Shown in pieces: positions 28,978 through 39,563 of a stretch of 64,000 nt of DNA. The notes under the pieces are model-generated. The model made no database searches. It saw nothing but the letters and a program-made list of their open reading frames with translations, and was not told where the DNA came from. How positions within the stretch are numbered: the first letter of the stretch is position 1; the number at the start of each line of letters is the position of its first letter. The stretch spans positions 6,965 to 70,964 of the forward strand of contig JAJXXC010000008.1 of assembly GCA_021781215.1 (NCBI GenBank), in the 5' to 3' direction. Origin of the DNA: a bacterium (GTDB lineage: Bacteria > Patescibacteriota > Saccharimonadia > Saccharimonadales > DATKHC01). The position numbers and the translations under genes were made by a program.

Positions 28978-29366
28978 ATGTGCGTTGTTAAGACATAATT
29001 TTCTACAAGATTTTTTAATTTTTCTAAACTTGAGGTTGGTTTATACAAATATCCGACGACCCCCAAGTCGTGGATATTATTACTATTTAGTCTGGTCTTT
29101 GATTCAGGAATCAATGTATTTATAATCACAGGTATTGTTTGCCATTCCTTGTAAGACCTTAGTTCATACAAAAATTCATAACCATTATGACTAGTTAACT
29201 GTAATTCTAAAATTATAAGATCAGGCTTAGCATTGTCGACCGCATCTATAGCTTTCTGACCATCATTGCAAAGCACTACTTCAAAGCCTGCTTTAGTAAA
29301 AAAATCTTTATAGATATTACTCAGCACAGTATCCGGCTCAACTATTAATATATTAGCTAAATTCAT
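28974..29366 (-). CDS. Single-domain receiver protein with Asp->Glu at the phosphoacceptor site (pseudo-receiver)
   Basis: ILIVEPD, PDLIILELQL (E at the canonical D), YLYKP. Confidence 0.85.
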   Translation of the reverse strand: MNLANILIVEPDTVLSNIYKDFFTKAGFEVVLCNDGQKAIDAVDNAKPDLIILELQLTSHNGYEFLYELRSYKEWQTIPVIINTLIPESKTRLNSNNIHDLGVVGYLYKPTSSLEKLKNLVENYVLTTHI

Positions 29367-30028
29367 ATAAGGCTTAGTTGTTGGCTGGGAGTAAAATTAG
29401 CCGCCAGTCCTGATAAATTATTATGACGTAAGACCTGTAATTTTGAGGCTAGCCTGGATAGTAAAAGGTCGGCTGCGTAAATTCCAGCTACAGAATTATA
29501 GCTAAAATTTGGCAATCCTTGCCTAACTCTACCGGCTGAAATAATGGCTTTTCTAAGGCTGTTTTTGGTAATCCCTAAGTTGGGTGTAAATATGCCGGCA
29601 ACAATTCTATCTTGAGATTTATATGCATTTATAAAAACTTCAGCATTTTCTGCTATATTAGACTCGATAATTGTTTGCCCTATTAATGTTAATGCAGACT
29701 CCATTTCAGCCCTACTACTCATAACAGGTACGAATTTGCCCTCTATCTTTAGATTTAGATTACAATTATACATTTTAGCAATCTTCGATAAATTGTGCGC
29801 CGTATCATTTAACACTTCAGATACTGAAACTGGTTCAAAATCTAACTGATGTTGATCCGTGTTAAGACCGAGAACATATCCATCAATTAATCTAATTGAA
29901 CTATCGGCCAAACTTTTTATATCAGTTATATTAGCATTCTCAGACTTTAGAGATATATTGATTAGGGGAAGTTTTAGGTGCTCAACTATATTCACTAATA
30001 ATTGATTATCTTCTGAGGGGTATGGCAT
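29363..30028 (-). CDS. Degenerate histidine kinase-like protein (pseudokinase)
   Basis: VEHLKLPL resembles the H-box; DFEPVSVSEVL linker; HATPase-like layout without N/G1 residues; ATGA-coupled to the receiver gene. Confidence 0.6.
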   Translation of the reverse strand: MPYPSEDNQLLVNIVEHLKLPLINISLKSENANITDIKSLADSSIRLIDGYVLGLNTDQHQLDFEPVSVSEVLNDTAHNLSKIAKMYNCNLNLKIEGKFVPVMSSRAEMESALTLIGQTIIESNIAENAEVFINAYKSQDRIVAGIFTPNLGITKNSLRKAIISAGRVRQGLPNFSYNSVAGIYAADLLLSRLASKLQVLRHNNLSGLAANFTPSQQLSLI

Positions 30029-30076
30029 ATAAAAATTTTACTTTTTTCTTAAGTGTAATTATATCACCTCTACTGA

Positions 30077-30565
30077 TTAGTTATACCTATATAAGAAAAT
30101 GCCTTTTTTTTGACGATCTATCTTTCGCCCCGGAATCTTAAACGCAAAGCTTACTAGTTTAATTGGGGTTTTATACTCTTGAATAATTTTATTGTTCAAT
30201 CTTGACATATACTTATCAAGTAGAAAAACAGATATTCCATCTGCTGAAGGCCATTTCTTTTGCCAATAATTACCCCAAATAACCCTGACGCTTTTCCTGT
30301 ATTTCCAAGTCTTAGCTATTGAATATATAACCAACACCGGATTTAACTCATAGCCAATGGCGTTGATACCTCTTTTACCGGCTTCATATAGAATTCTTCC
30401 GTCGCCACTACCCAGCTCAATAAGAGTCTGCCCTTCACTCAAATCTAATAATTCAAAAATTGGATCAATTTGTTTAGTTAGAGTAGGTAAAAACGGGGCT
30501 CCAAATAAAATAACAAAACCAAAAAGTAGAATAACAGCTGAGACTATGTAGATTAGATACGACAA
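30077..30565 (-). CDS. Class I SAM-dependent methyltransferase with N-terminal TM (FAM173/aKMT-like)
   Basis: GAPFLPT, ELGSGDGR, GYELNP, VSFAF. Confidence 0.85.
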   Translation of the reverse strand: MSYLIYIVSAVILLFGFVILFGAPFLPTLTKQIDPIFELLDLSEGQTLIELGSGDGRILYEAGKRGINAIGYELNPVLVIYSIAKTWKYRKSVRVIWGNYWQKKWPSADGISVFLLDKYMSRLNNKIIQEYKTPIKLVSFAFKIPGRKIDRQKKGIFLYRYN

Positions 30566-30569
30566 AATT

Positions 30570-30767
30570 CTATATTTCCAGATTATTCTTTAATTCTTTG
30601 ATTGTATTTTTTGTTTTACTTAGGTATTCCTCAATCTCTTCTACTAAATTTAGTCCTTCTTTATATTTAGATATTGCTTCTTCTAAATCTAAGTCGGGTG
30701 ATTGGAGTTGGTTTAATATTTTCTCTAAATCATTTTTTTTATCTGTATAAACAAATTTTTTTACCAT
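30570..30767 (-). CDS. xseB: Exodeoxyribonuclease VII small subunit
   Basis: LEKIL..L..DLEEAISKYKEG; follows xseA. Confidence 0.9.
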   Translation of the reverse strand: MVKKFVYTDKKNDLEKILNQLQSPDLDLEEAISKYKEGLNLVEEIEEYLSKTKNTIKELKNNLEI

Positions 30768-30771
30768 AAAA

Positions 30772-31899
30772 CTACTCCTTAATTGATTTTAATTTTACAT
30801 TTTTTACTTTTACTTCTAAATTAGCCGAATATGTTTCAATAGTTAACTCATCTTCTATTTTTACTAGGCTAGAATCTATCAACTTTCCATTGCTTTTAAT
30901 AACTGCATAGCCCCTTTTTAAGATATCTAATGGATTTAAGGCATTTAATAGGTTCTTATAATCCATAGTCTGTTTTTTGTACTGATCGAACAATATATCA
31001 ATTTTTTTACTAAGATTATCCCTGTTATCCACCAAATCTTTATACGAAAAATTTATATTTCTCTCAATCATATTTTCCATCTGAAAACCAATCGACTTTA
31101 GCTCTTTTTTTATATCTTTTTTATCAGGCGTAAGAGTTTCGGCCGCATGAGTAGGAGTGCTACACCTTATGTCTGCTACTAGTTCGGAAAGACAAATATC
31201 GACTTCGTGGCCTATAGCGACTATAGTTGGAATCCTGCTAGATGCGATGACCCTAACTAACTGTTCTTCATTAAATGAAGACAAATCTTCAACGCTACCC
31301 CCTCCTCTGATAATTACTAACACGTCTACGGGATCAACGTCTTTATTGAAACTATTGATAGCACTTATTATCTGAGATGAGGCGATGTCTCCCTGCACCT
31401 GTACGTCCCTAACTCTAATATCTAACCCGGCCCATCGTTCGCTAATTATCTTAATAAAATCATGAAAGGCCGCAGAGCCAATAGATGTAATTAATCCAAT
31501 TTTAGTCGAAGGATATGAAATTGTTCTTTTACGCGAAGAATCGAACAAACCTTCATTCTTTAATTTAACTTCCAATAATTTTGTTGCTTTCTTAATAGAC
31601 CCCTCACCAATAGGCCTGATTTGACTGACATTAATACTAAATCCATATAACGGGTGTAAAAATGGGACTCCTTTGACCCTAATTTTCAAACCATCTTCCA
31701 GCGGTCCGGGTAATTGAAAAATAGTTCCAAAAAACCTAACAGAAGCAAAGTCGTCTCTAAGACTAAAATATACCCATTTATTTTTACTTATTTTATAGTT
31801 TTCGATCTCACCTTCTATATAGACGTGGGGATAGGCATAAGATATTGACTGATTAAAAACTGCTACAAAATCACTAACGCTAAAAATTTGATCTTCCAT
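30772..31899 (-). CDS. xseA: Exodeoxyribonuclease VII large subunit
   Basis: EGEI, YFSLRD, EGLFD, RGGGS.EDL, IGHEVD, TPT.AAE, LKRGYA; start taken at ATG 31899. Confidence 0.95.
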   Translation of the reverse strand: MEDQIFSVSDFVAVFNQSISYAYPHVYIEGEIENYKISKNKWVYFSLRDDFASVRFFGTIFQLPGPLEDGLKIRVKGVPFLHPLYGFSINVSQIRPIGEGSIKKATKLLEVKLKNEGLFDSSRKRTISYPSTKIGLITSIGSAAFHDFIKIISERWAGLDIRVRDVQVQGDIASSQIISAINSFNKDVDPVDVLVIIRGGGSVEDLSSFNEEQLVRVIASSRIPTIVAIGHEVDICLSELVADIRCSTPTHAAETLTPDKKDIKKELKSIGFQMENMIERNINFSYKDLVDNRDNLSKKIDILFDQYKKQTMDYKNLLNALNPLDILKRGYAVIKSNGKLIDSSLVKIEDELTIETYSANLEVKVKNVKLKSIKE

Positions 31900-31900
31900 T

Positions 31901-32938
31901 TTAATTTTTTTCTCGAGGAATAAGAGCCCTTTGATACAGCACGTAACCAGGTACAATTTGGATAATAGTGTTTAAAATTCTATAAGTTATTGTTACTGGC
32001 AAACTAAGCGAAGCAGAAATACCAGCGGTAGCTAAAACTATAGTCATTAAAGATTCGTAAACACCGACCCCTCCCGGTAATACAGATAAGAAACCACCTA
32101 AATTGGCAACTGCATATGCTAAGATTATAACCCCAGGATTAACCCAATGGCCAAAAGCTATATAAACAACATATAAAACTGCTACTTCCGTAAAGTTAGC
32201 TAACAAACCCCAAATAAATGGGCCCTTAAACTGGTTGGGGTCATTTCTAAACAGCATGTAACTATTATGGAGATCGTTAAAAACCTTTTTAGCCCTCACT
32301 ATATTTATAGCTTCGTGAATCCTGGGCCTAAAGGTTTTAACTACCTTATTTAAGAATAGTGTCACCCATGTAAAGAAACTATCTATTCTTTTATCGCTAC
32401 CTACTATAAAAAATGCTCCACCAGTTAAAATAACAAGAATAGTTATTACTACTGATGCGAATAAAATTATAATTGAACTTGCCTTACCACCTATAGCCAT
32501 AATCAACAGTCCGAAAATTAATAGAGCTAAAAATGATATAAAAACACTAATTGTTTTAATGAGATGTAATAAAGTCGCATCAGCACCAGATATTGATTTT
32601 GATTTTAATCTAAGGTTAGTGTACGAAACCGCCGATAAACCGGCGCTAGGTAGTAAGGTAGCTATAAAATTAAGTTCTAAACTAAATCCATATAGAAATT
32701 TACTAGTAATTTCATACCCCATAGTTTTAAGGGCGTCTCGATATAATAATGTCTGTGCTTGATAATTAAGCACTTCCAACGGTATCATTAACCAAAGTAC
32801 CCAAAGATCAGCTTTTCTCAAACCCCTAAAAGTATCAACTATATGACCACCAGAAGTAATTATAAAAATCAACAACGCAAGAATTGTTATAACAGTAAGT
32901 ATCTTACGCCAATTCTTCTTATTAACGATAGACTTCAT
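31901..32938 (-). CDS. Lysylphosphatidylglycerol synthase TM / UPF0104 flippase-like membrane protein
   Basis: Multi-TM; LPSAGLS, PGGVGVYE, YR motifs. Confidence 0.85.
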   Translation of the reverse strand: MKSIVNKKNWRKILTVITILALLIFIITSGGHIVDTFRGLRKADLWVLWLMIPLEVLNYQAQTLLYRDALKTMGYEITSKFLYGFSLELNFIATLLPSAGLSAVSYTNLRLKSKSISGADATLLHLIKTISVFISFLALLIFGLLIMAIGGKASSIIILFASVVITILVILTGGAFFIVGSDKRIDSFFTWVTLFLNKVVKTFRPRIHEAINIVRAKKVFNDLHNSYMLFRNDPNQFKGPFIWGLLANFTEVAVLYVVYIAFGHWVNPGVIILAYAVANLGGFLSVLPGGVGVYESLMTIVLATAGISASLSLPVTITYRILNTIIQIVPGYVLYQRALIPREKN

Positions 32939-32977
32939 TAGTTACTTATTATATATGAAGCCGTATACTATTGTTAT

Positions 32978-34147
32978 ATGACCAAAACATTATTTATTCT
33001 AGGCAGACAACCAATATTTGGTATGGCTGAGCTCAAAAGCCTATTTCCGGATAATACTATCGAAAAGATGAGTGAAAATATAATTTCCATAAACCGTTAT
33101 GTCGAACCAAATTTGATAAACAGGCTTGGGGGAACAATTAAAATAGCCGAAGAGATTGCTAGTATACAAAATATCAATAATAAATCACTAGAAGCATTAA
33201 TAATCGAAAACGTACTTAGTCATATACAAGATCTCCCAGCCGGAAAAATTACCCTTGGAATTAGCTACTATGGCAACAATCAAACGGTAAGAAATATTGA
33301 AATTATTGCCTTGAAATTAAAAAAATCTCTAAAACAAAGTGGGAGATCAATAAGAATAGTCCCGAATAAAGAACTTGAACTATCTTCGGCGCAAGTCTTC
33401 CATAATAGACTCACTAAAGATGCTAGTTTCGAATTGATCATAATTGATGCTGGCGACCCCATAACCTTTGCTAGATCAATTGCAGTACAAAATATAGAAT
33501 CATATAGCTCTAGGGACCAAAAAAGGCCCTATAGAGACGCTAGGGTCGGTATGCTACCACCAAAACTCGCTCAAATAATGATTAACCTATTAAACCCATT
33601 GCCAAATCAAATAATTTTGGACCCATTTTGTGGCACTGGCGTTGTACTCCAAGAAGCCCTACTAATGGGCCTAAGAACCATTGGTAGCGATCTAGATAAT
33701 AGAATGGTAGATTATTCTACGCGTAATATAGAATGGCTACGCCAAAAATATAATAACCTACCGGATTGTCAGATATCCGACGGTGATGCAACTAGCCATC
33801 ATTGGCCCAAAGACATAGACTACGTTGTAACTGAAGCTTATCTGGGAAAACCATTTTTTCAAAGCCCAAGCATTAATTCTATTGATAAGGAAAAAGAAAT
33901 TGTGGGTAACATATTACTAAGATTCTTGAAAAATATCCAACCCCAAATCAAATCTGGTACAAAATTATGTATAGCGGTGCCAACCTGGAGATATAATAAT
34001 AAATTCATACACCTTTCAATACTTGACCAACTAGTGCAAATCGGTTACAATCCTATGAGTTTTAAAAATCTTGAAACTAAGGATTTGATCTATTACAGAC
34101 CAGACCAAATAGTAGCAAGACAAATATTATTATTGATCAGGAAGTAA
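32978..34147 (+). CDS. TRM11-like RNA methyltransferase
   Basis: RLGGTIK, GMLPPKLAQIM, LDPFCGTG, GSD, DAT, E.YLG. Confidence 0.85.
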   Translation: MTKTLFILGRQPIFGMAELKSLFPDNTIEKMSENIISINRYVEPNLINRLGGTIKIAEEIASIQNINNKSLEALIIENVLSHIQDLPAGKITLGISYYGNNQTVRNIEIIALKLKKSLKQSGRSIRIVPNKELELSSAQVFHNRLTKDASFELIIIDAGDPITFARSIAVQNIESYSSRDQKRPYRDARVGMLPPKLAQIMINLLNPLPNQIILDPFCGTGVVLQEALLMGLRTIGSDLDNRMVDYSTRNIEWLRQKYNNLPDCQISDGDATSHHWPKDIDYVVTEAYLGKPFFQSPSINSIDKEKEIVGNILLRFLKNIQPQIKSGTKLCIAVPTWRYNNKFIHLSILDQLVQIGYNPMSFKNLETKDLIYYRPDQIVARQILLLIRK

Positions 34148-34148
34148 A

Positions 34149-34421
34149 ATGTCACACGTAAAAGCAGGCGGAACAAGTAAAAATATACACGACAGCCCAG
34201 GACAACGTCTTGGTGTTAAATTATTTGGCGGAGAAAGTGTTAAAACTGGTCAAATTATCGTCAGACAGACCGGTTCTAATAAAAGATCTGGCAAAGGAAC
34301 TTTTATTAGTCGTAACTACACTATTCATGCGACTAAAGATGGTATTGTTAGATTCCAACCACGAAGAGTTAGGTTATTTAGCGGAAAATCACAAAAAATA
34401 ACCGAAGTTACAGTCGAATAG
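34149..34421 (+). CDS. rpmA: 50S ribosomal protein bL27
   Basis: MSHVKAGG, DS.GQRLGVK, GQIIVRQ. Confidence 0.96.
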   Translation: MSHVKAGGTSKNIHDSPGQRLGVKLFGGESVKTGQIIVRQTGSNKRSGKGTFISRNYTIHATKDGIVRFQPRRVRLFSGKSQKITEVTVE

Positions 34422-34446
34422 AAAATTCACAATAACATAGGGTTCT

Positions 34447-36060
34447 CTAGCCTTTATTGGCAATCGCTGCACTAATTAGCCCCATAAACATAGGGTGAGG
34501 TTTATTGGGTCTTGATTTAAACTCTGGGTGAAATTGAGATGCCACAAAGTACGGATGATCTAGCCCCTCTATCATCTCTACTAAATTCTCATCTGGGCTA
34601 TAGCCAACTACCTTGATGCCCCAGTCTCTATATTGGTCCCTATAAACATTATTGCATTCATATCTATGACGATGACGCTCATATATAAGATCTTTCTTAT
34701 ATAAATCAGCAGCCAAAGAATCTTTAGCTAATACACACGGGTATTCACCTAGTCTCATAGTGCCACCAGTATTTTCTTTACCTACTTGCCCAAGCATCGT
34801 ATTTATAACCGGATGCTTAGTTTTTAGATTAATTTCAACTGAGTTAGCATCAATTAATCCAGCATTTCTTGCAGCAGCTATTACGCCAACCTGAAGACCC
34901 AAACAAAGTCCTAAGTAAGGCATCTTGGATTTTAAAGAAAACTGAGCAGCTTTAATTTTACCTTCAATACCTCGTTTGCCAAAACCGCCCGGAACAACTA
35001 TGCCATCACATTTTATTGCACTCTTAACTTGAGACATGCTCATATCTTCAAGACTAGTAGAATCAATCCACTCTATATTAAGACCTATATCTTTTGCCCA
35101 TGCCGCAGCCTTTAGGGCCTCAGTTACCGACATATAAGTATCTTGGTTGTCCAGGTATTTTGCCACGATACCTATGGTGATACTTTTTTTATACGTTCTT
35201 TGTGCTCGTTCAATTAAACCGATCCATTCTTCCAATTTCGGTTTAGAATATTTCAACTTTAATTTATCTAATATAACTTTAGCTATACCGTTTTCTTCAA
35301 GAGTAATTGGTACTTCATATATAGTTGAAGCATTCGGAAGTAGCACAATAGCATCTTCCGATACCCCGGAGAAAAGACTTAGTTTCTTTATTACGGATGC
35401 CGGAGCCGTGTTTTCACTTCTGGAAACTAATATATCTGGGAAAATACCCAATCCGCGCAGCTCTCTAACGGCATTTTGGGCTGGCTTTGTTTTGAATTCT
35501 TGACTTGCACCAAGATAAGGCATATATACAACATGAACAAAAATGCAATTTTCCTTACCAACACCTAGCCCAAATTCTCTGATCGCTTCTAGAAAACTTA
35601 GCCCCTCGTAATCACCGACAGTACCGCCTATCTCAACTATATGTACATCAAACCCCTTCGAAGCTTTTTTAATTTCTTTTTGTATTGCTTTCGTGACGTG
35701 AGGAATGAATTGTACAGTACTGCCTAAATACCTGCCGCTACGTTCGTCATTTATAACTTTGTATAGCACCTTGCCACTCATCAATGAACTCGATTGATCT
35801 AACTCCTGATCTAAAAATCTTTCATAATGTCCAAGGTCTAAATCTGTTTCAGCACCATCACGAGTTACAAAACATTCACCGTGTTCAGCGGGGTTTAGCG
35901 TACCAGCATCAACATTTAGATATGGGTCACATTTTTGAATGTTTACTTTAAGGCCTCGGGCCTTGAGAATGTTCCCTATCGAAGCGGCCGTGATTCCCTT
36001 TCCTAACCCAGAAAGCACACCTCCAGTAACAAAAACATACTTAATAGGTTGCTTAGACAC
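34447..36060 (-). CDS. pyrG: CTP synthase
   Basis: TGGVLSGLGKG, DPYLNVDAGT, PGGFG, GLCLG, RHRHRYE, QFHPE. Confidence 0.98.
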   Translation of the reverse strand: MSKQPIKYVFVTGGVLSGLGKGITAASIGNILKARGLKVNIQKCDPYLNVDAGTLNPAEHGECFVTRDGAETDLDLGHYERFLDQELDQSSSLMSGKVLYKVINDERSGRYLGSTVQFIPHVTKAIQKEIKKASKGFDVHIVEIGGTVGDYEGLSFLEAIREFGLGVGKENCIFVHVVYMPYLGASQEFKTKPAQNAVRELRGLGIFPDILVSRSENTAPASVIKKLSLFSGVSEDAIVLLPNASTIYEVPITLEENGIAKVILDKLKLKYSKPKLEEWIGLIERAQRTYKKSITIGIVAKYLDNQDTYMSVTEALKAAAWAKDIGLNIEWIDSTSLEDMSMSQVKSAIKCDGIVVPGGFGKRGIEGKIKAAQFSLKSKMPYLGLCLGLQVGVIAAARNAGLIDANSVEINLKTKHPVINTMLGQVGKENTGGTMRLGEYPCVLAKDSLAADLYKKDLIYERHRHRYECNNVYRDQYRDWGIKVVGYSPDENLVEMIEGLDHPYFVASQFHPEFKSRPNKPHPMFMGLISAAIANKG

Positions 36061-36131
36061 TCATAAACCCCTACTTTAAATTTATACTACGATACTACCT
36101 TAGCTTATCTATTCAAGCAAGCAAAATATTT

Positions 36132-37325
36132 TTAATGGCTCAATATATAATTTATAGCCGCATTTTCTTGCGTATCTATACCTTTTTGCTGATCAGATTG
36201 TGTTAAAGGTACAATAATGTCAGGAGTAATACCGATTTTATCTATATTTATATTATCCGGCGTAAACCAATGCGCAATAGTAACTTTAATCTCCTTGCCA
36301 CCACTTAGATTAAATATCTGTTGTACACTTCCCTTGCCATAACTTTTCACGCCAATTAATGTTGCTGCGTGATTATCTCTTAATGCTCCGGCAGTGATCT
36401 CACTCGCACTAGCACTGCCACCATTAATTAATACAACCGTAGGTATACCATTTAATATGTTGCCACCTAACGATTGATATGATTGAACAACTTGATTGTT
36501 GTGCCTTTCGGTCATTATAGTCATCCCCTCAGGCAACCATAGGCTACAAACGCTAACGGCGGAAGAGACTAGTCCGCCCGGGTTGCCTCTTAAATCTAGG
36601 ATTATGCCTTTCACATTATGCTGTTTAAAGTCAGCGGCAGCCTGCTGAGCTAAACTTGGGGTATCGTTAGCGAAACTAATGATGTTCATATAGCCTATAT
36701 TATTAGGTAAAATCTTATAATTAACACTGGGCACGACAATGTCGGCTCTAACTATTTTTACAATCACATTATTTGAACCCCTAATAATACCTAGCGTTAC
36801 CGTGCTTCCACTAGGTCCATGTATTGCGTTGACCGCACTCTCAAGAGATTCGCCCTGCGTGCTCTTACCATTAATGCTATTAACAATATCTCCTGTGAGT
36901 AATCCAGCCTTAGATGCAGGTGTACCTGCTAAAGTTGATACGATCACTATTTGGTCAGCGGAGTTATTGTCTAACTCTGCTCCGATGCCAGAAAAAGTAT
37001 TATTAAGTTCATTAGTAAATTGTTGAGCCTGAGCCGCATTATAATAATTTGTATGAACATCGCCCGTAGCATTTGCTAAGCCGCTTAAGATACCATCCTC
37101 TAAACTATTAGCATTTAGTTTACCGTCATAATTATTCTTTAGTATTGAATATTCCTGCTGAATTAATGAATAATTCAAGGTGCTCGGAAGGCTACTATTC
37201 ATACTATTCCATCGCAGATCAAAACTTCCGTTCCCGATCTTATAGCCAAACACAAATATCACTATAAATGCCAGTAATATAGCTACAATTTTAAAATTTT
37301 TATTTTTCAAAAGTCTAAAACTCAT
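36132..37325 (-). CDS. S41 carboxyl-terminal processing protease (CtpA-like)
   Basis: PDZ domain, DLRGNPGG, SASASE, GKGSVQ, GITPD. Confidence 0.93.
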   Translation of the reverse strand: MSFRLLKNKNFKIVAILLAFIVIFVFGYKIGNGSFDLRWNSMNSSLPSTLNYSLIQQEYSILKNNYDGKLNANSLEDGILSGLANATGDVHTNYYNAAQAQQFTNELNNTFSGIGAELDNNSADQIVIVSTLAGTPASKAGLLTGDIVNSINGKSTQGESLESAVNAIHGPSGSTVTLGIIRGSNNVIVKIVRADIVVPSVNYKILPNNIGYMNIISFANDTPSLAQQAAADFKQHNVKGIILDLRGNPGGLVSSAVSVCSLWLPEGMTIMTERHNNQVVQSYQSLGGNILNGIPTVVLINGGSASASEITAGALRDNHAATLIGVKSYGKGSVQQIFNLSGGKEIKVTIAHWFTPDNINIDKIGITPDIIVPLTQSDQQKGIDTQENAAINYILSH

Positions 37326-37368
37326 TTATCTATTATTCTATCACTAATATACCGCTATTTGAAGATAT

Positions 37369-38526
37369 TTAACTAGCTGGCGGAAACGTAATGTAATAAT
37401 AATAAGAAGGATTTATATTAAATGCTTCGTCGAAGCCACCGACAACCCTAGCGTTGTATTCACTTACATTTATAGTACCGTTGGCATTAACACTCATGAC
37501 ATACATTGCATGTCCAACTGGACTTATCCCACCCGGACCTGTAGCAGGTAATATTGCGATATCTCCTGCGTGAGGAGTTCTACCTACTGGTATCCCCATA
37601 CTATGAGCGTCAGCAATCCATTCGCCAGCATTTCCAACTCCCTGAAGACCCCAAGATGGCATGTATTTCCCTGTAGATGCAACCATCCAGGCTGCATAAC
37701 TTACGCATTCTCGGTTATACATACCCCATGTATCAAACATTGTATCCTGAGGAGCACTACACCAAGGATTAGGATATGAGTCATTCGATGATCCACAGTT
37801 ACCATATACGATCGTACCACCTGCTTCATTTCTAGCTATAGTAGCCGCTTCTTCTATCTGCAGCTGAGCAACCTTTGCATTATTTGCTTGAAGCTGCTGA
37901 CTGTAAGCTGCTTGTTGTTGTTGGTCTAAGTTTAATAATGAATTCTCTTTATTTTGCGCAGTTGATAATGCGGCATTTTGTTGTTGTTGGTCTAAGAGCG
38001 TTATAGAGAGCGTCTTGTTTTGCAATGTTAATAGAGCCTGAGTATCATTAATTTGTTTAAGATCTCCTTGTATCGTTTGCTGTACTAAATTCTGGTATTC
38101 AATTTTAGTAACAAAATCACTCATATTCTGACTTGTAGCCAATGACTCAAGCGTGCTCATATGTCCGTCTACGTACATACTCTGTAAAATACTTGCCAAT
38201 GTAGCCTTTTCTTTAGCTAGTTGTAACTGATTTTTTGCTATTTTTGCCTGTATATTAGTGATCTGTGTCTGAGTCTGAACAATCTGGTTCTGGATTGCAA
38301 TAATCTGATTTTGTAAATCGCTTAATGATTGTTGATAAGTACTAGCTTGTGCTTGTAAATTTGAAATATTTTGCTGTACAATAGCGTTTTGAGTCTGTAA
38401 ATTTTGTATCTGTTGAGTATATTGATCGGCAAAAACTAAAGTCGGGGTTAAAATTGTTCCTAAAAAAGACAAGCTAATAACAGCAGAGTAAAATCTAGGT
38501 ACACTAATCCGAATTTTTTCTAGCAT
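37369..38526 (-). CDS. Coiled-coil + CHAP peptidoglycan hydrolase (PcsB/CwlO-like)
   Basis: Signal peptide, long Q-rich coiled coil, RECVSYA (Cys), GHAMYV (His), VSEYN; follows ftsEX. Confidence 0.9.
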   Translation of the reverse strand: MLEKIRISVPRFYSAVISLSFLGTILTPTLVFADQYTQQIQNLQTQNAIVQQNISNLQAQASTYQQSLSDLQNQIIAIQNQIVQTQTQITNIQAKIAKNQLQLAKEKATLASILQSMYVDGHMSTLESLATSQNMSDFVTKIEYQNLVQQTIQGDLKQINDTQALLTLQNKTLSITLLDQQQQNAALSTAQNKENSLLNLDQQQQAAYSQQLQANNAKVAQLQIEEAATIARNEAGGTIVYGNCGSSNDSYPNPWCSAPQDTMFDTWGMYNRECVSYAAWMVASTGKYMPSWGLQGVGNAGEWIADAHSMGIPVGRTPHAGDIAILPATGPGGISPVGHAMYVMSVNANGTINVSEYNARVVGGFDEAFNINPSYYYYITFPPAS

Positions 38527-38617
38527 ATTTTTGTTTTTTATTGACAAATTAATCATACCACCCCCTGCAATAGTTGTAAACATAAGCTCTACTCTATTGC
38601 CCGTTTAAAGACTAGTT

Positions 38618-39562
38618 CTATCTTTTTGTCTTATATTTTAAATACCGTCTCGTTGCGACTAATGCTGATCCGGCACCTATAATTATACCGATGCTAAAAA
38701 TCACTAACAACATATAAAAAAAGTTATGCTTAAAATAATACTGAGAATAGCTAATGTCCAGTAGTCCAAAACTACTTGCCTGTAAACTATTAGAGATAGT
38801 TGTGAACATTATTTCCACAAAAGCAAGCGAGATAGTCGCAGACAATATGCCATATATTATATTCTCTACCACATACGGTCCCTTAATGTACCATGTACTT
38901 GCCCCAAGCAATCTCATAGTCTGAATCTCGTCTCTACGGTTGAATATAGTCATTCTGATAGTGTTGAAAATAATCAGTACTGAGGTAGTTCCAAATACAA
39001 TAATACTTATGAGTCCGATTTCTCTCAACAGTCTAGTAGTCTTTGCAATCTTATTGATAGCAGTCTGTAATGCCCCAGAATAGGATGAGTTTGTTGCTTG
39101 CAATGCGACAACACTCGGCTCATCTAAAAATTGTTTTATACCTTCTAGCTGGTTAGGTGTAATTGGCGTAATATTAATGGTTGCAGGAATAGGATTTATG
39201 CCTAGTGCTGTTGTAGCTGACTGGATTGTTTTATTGCCAGCATTTTGCGCTTCATATATTGCTAGTGCCTGATCCTTTGATATATATTTTACTGACTTAA
39301 CTTCACTTAGATTCTTTAGCTGAGTTAGTAGTGTATCTTTTTGCTGTACAGTAATCGAATCCTTAAGATATACTGAGATATCTATCTTATTATTAATCTG
39401 ACTAATAGTATTATTTAGGGTCGCATTCGTTATAATCAAAATTAAAATAGTTGTTAGAGTGATGGTCATTACAGCTATCGCCGCAACAGCTAAAGTAATA
39501 TTCCTTAAAAAATTCTGTATTCCATTTTTTAGGATTCTTCCGAAGGTCATTGATATTTTCAT
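38618..39562 (-). CDS. ftsX: Cell division permease FtsX
   Basis: ISVYL, YISK.QAL, IIFNTIR..IF.RR.EI..MRL.GA. Confidence 0.93.
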   Translation of the reverse strand: MKISMTFGRILKNGIQNFLRNITLAVAAIAVMTITLTTILILIITNATLNNTISQINNKIDISVYLKDSITVQQKDTLLTQLKNLSEVKSVKYISKDQALAIYEAQNAGNKTIQSATTALGINPIPATINITPITPNQLEGIKQFLDEPSVVALQATNSSYSGALQTAINKIAKTTRLLREIGLISIIVFGTTSVLIIFNTIRMTIFNRRDEIQTMRLLGASTWYIKGPYVVENIIYGILSATISLAFVEIMFTTISNSLQASSFGLLDISYSQYYFKHNFFYMLLVIFSIGIIIGAGSALVATRRYLKYKTKR

Positions 39563-39563
39563 A

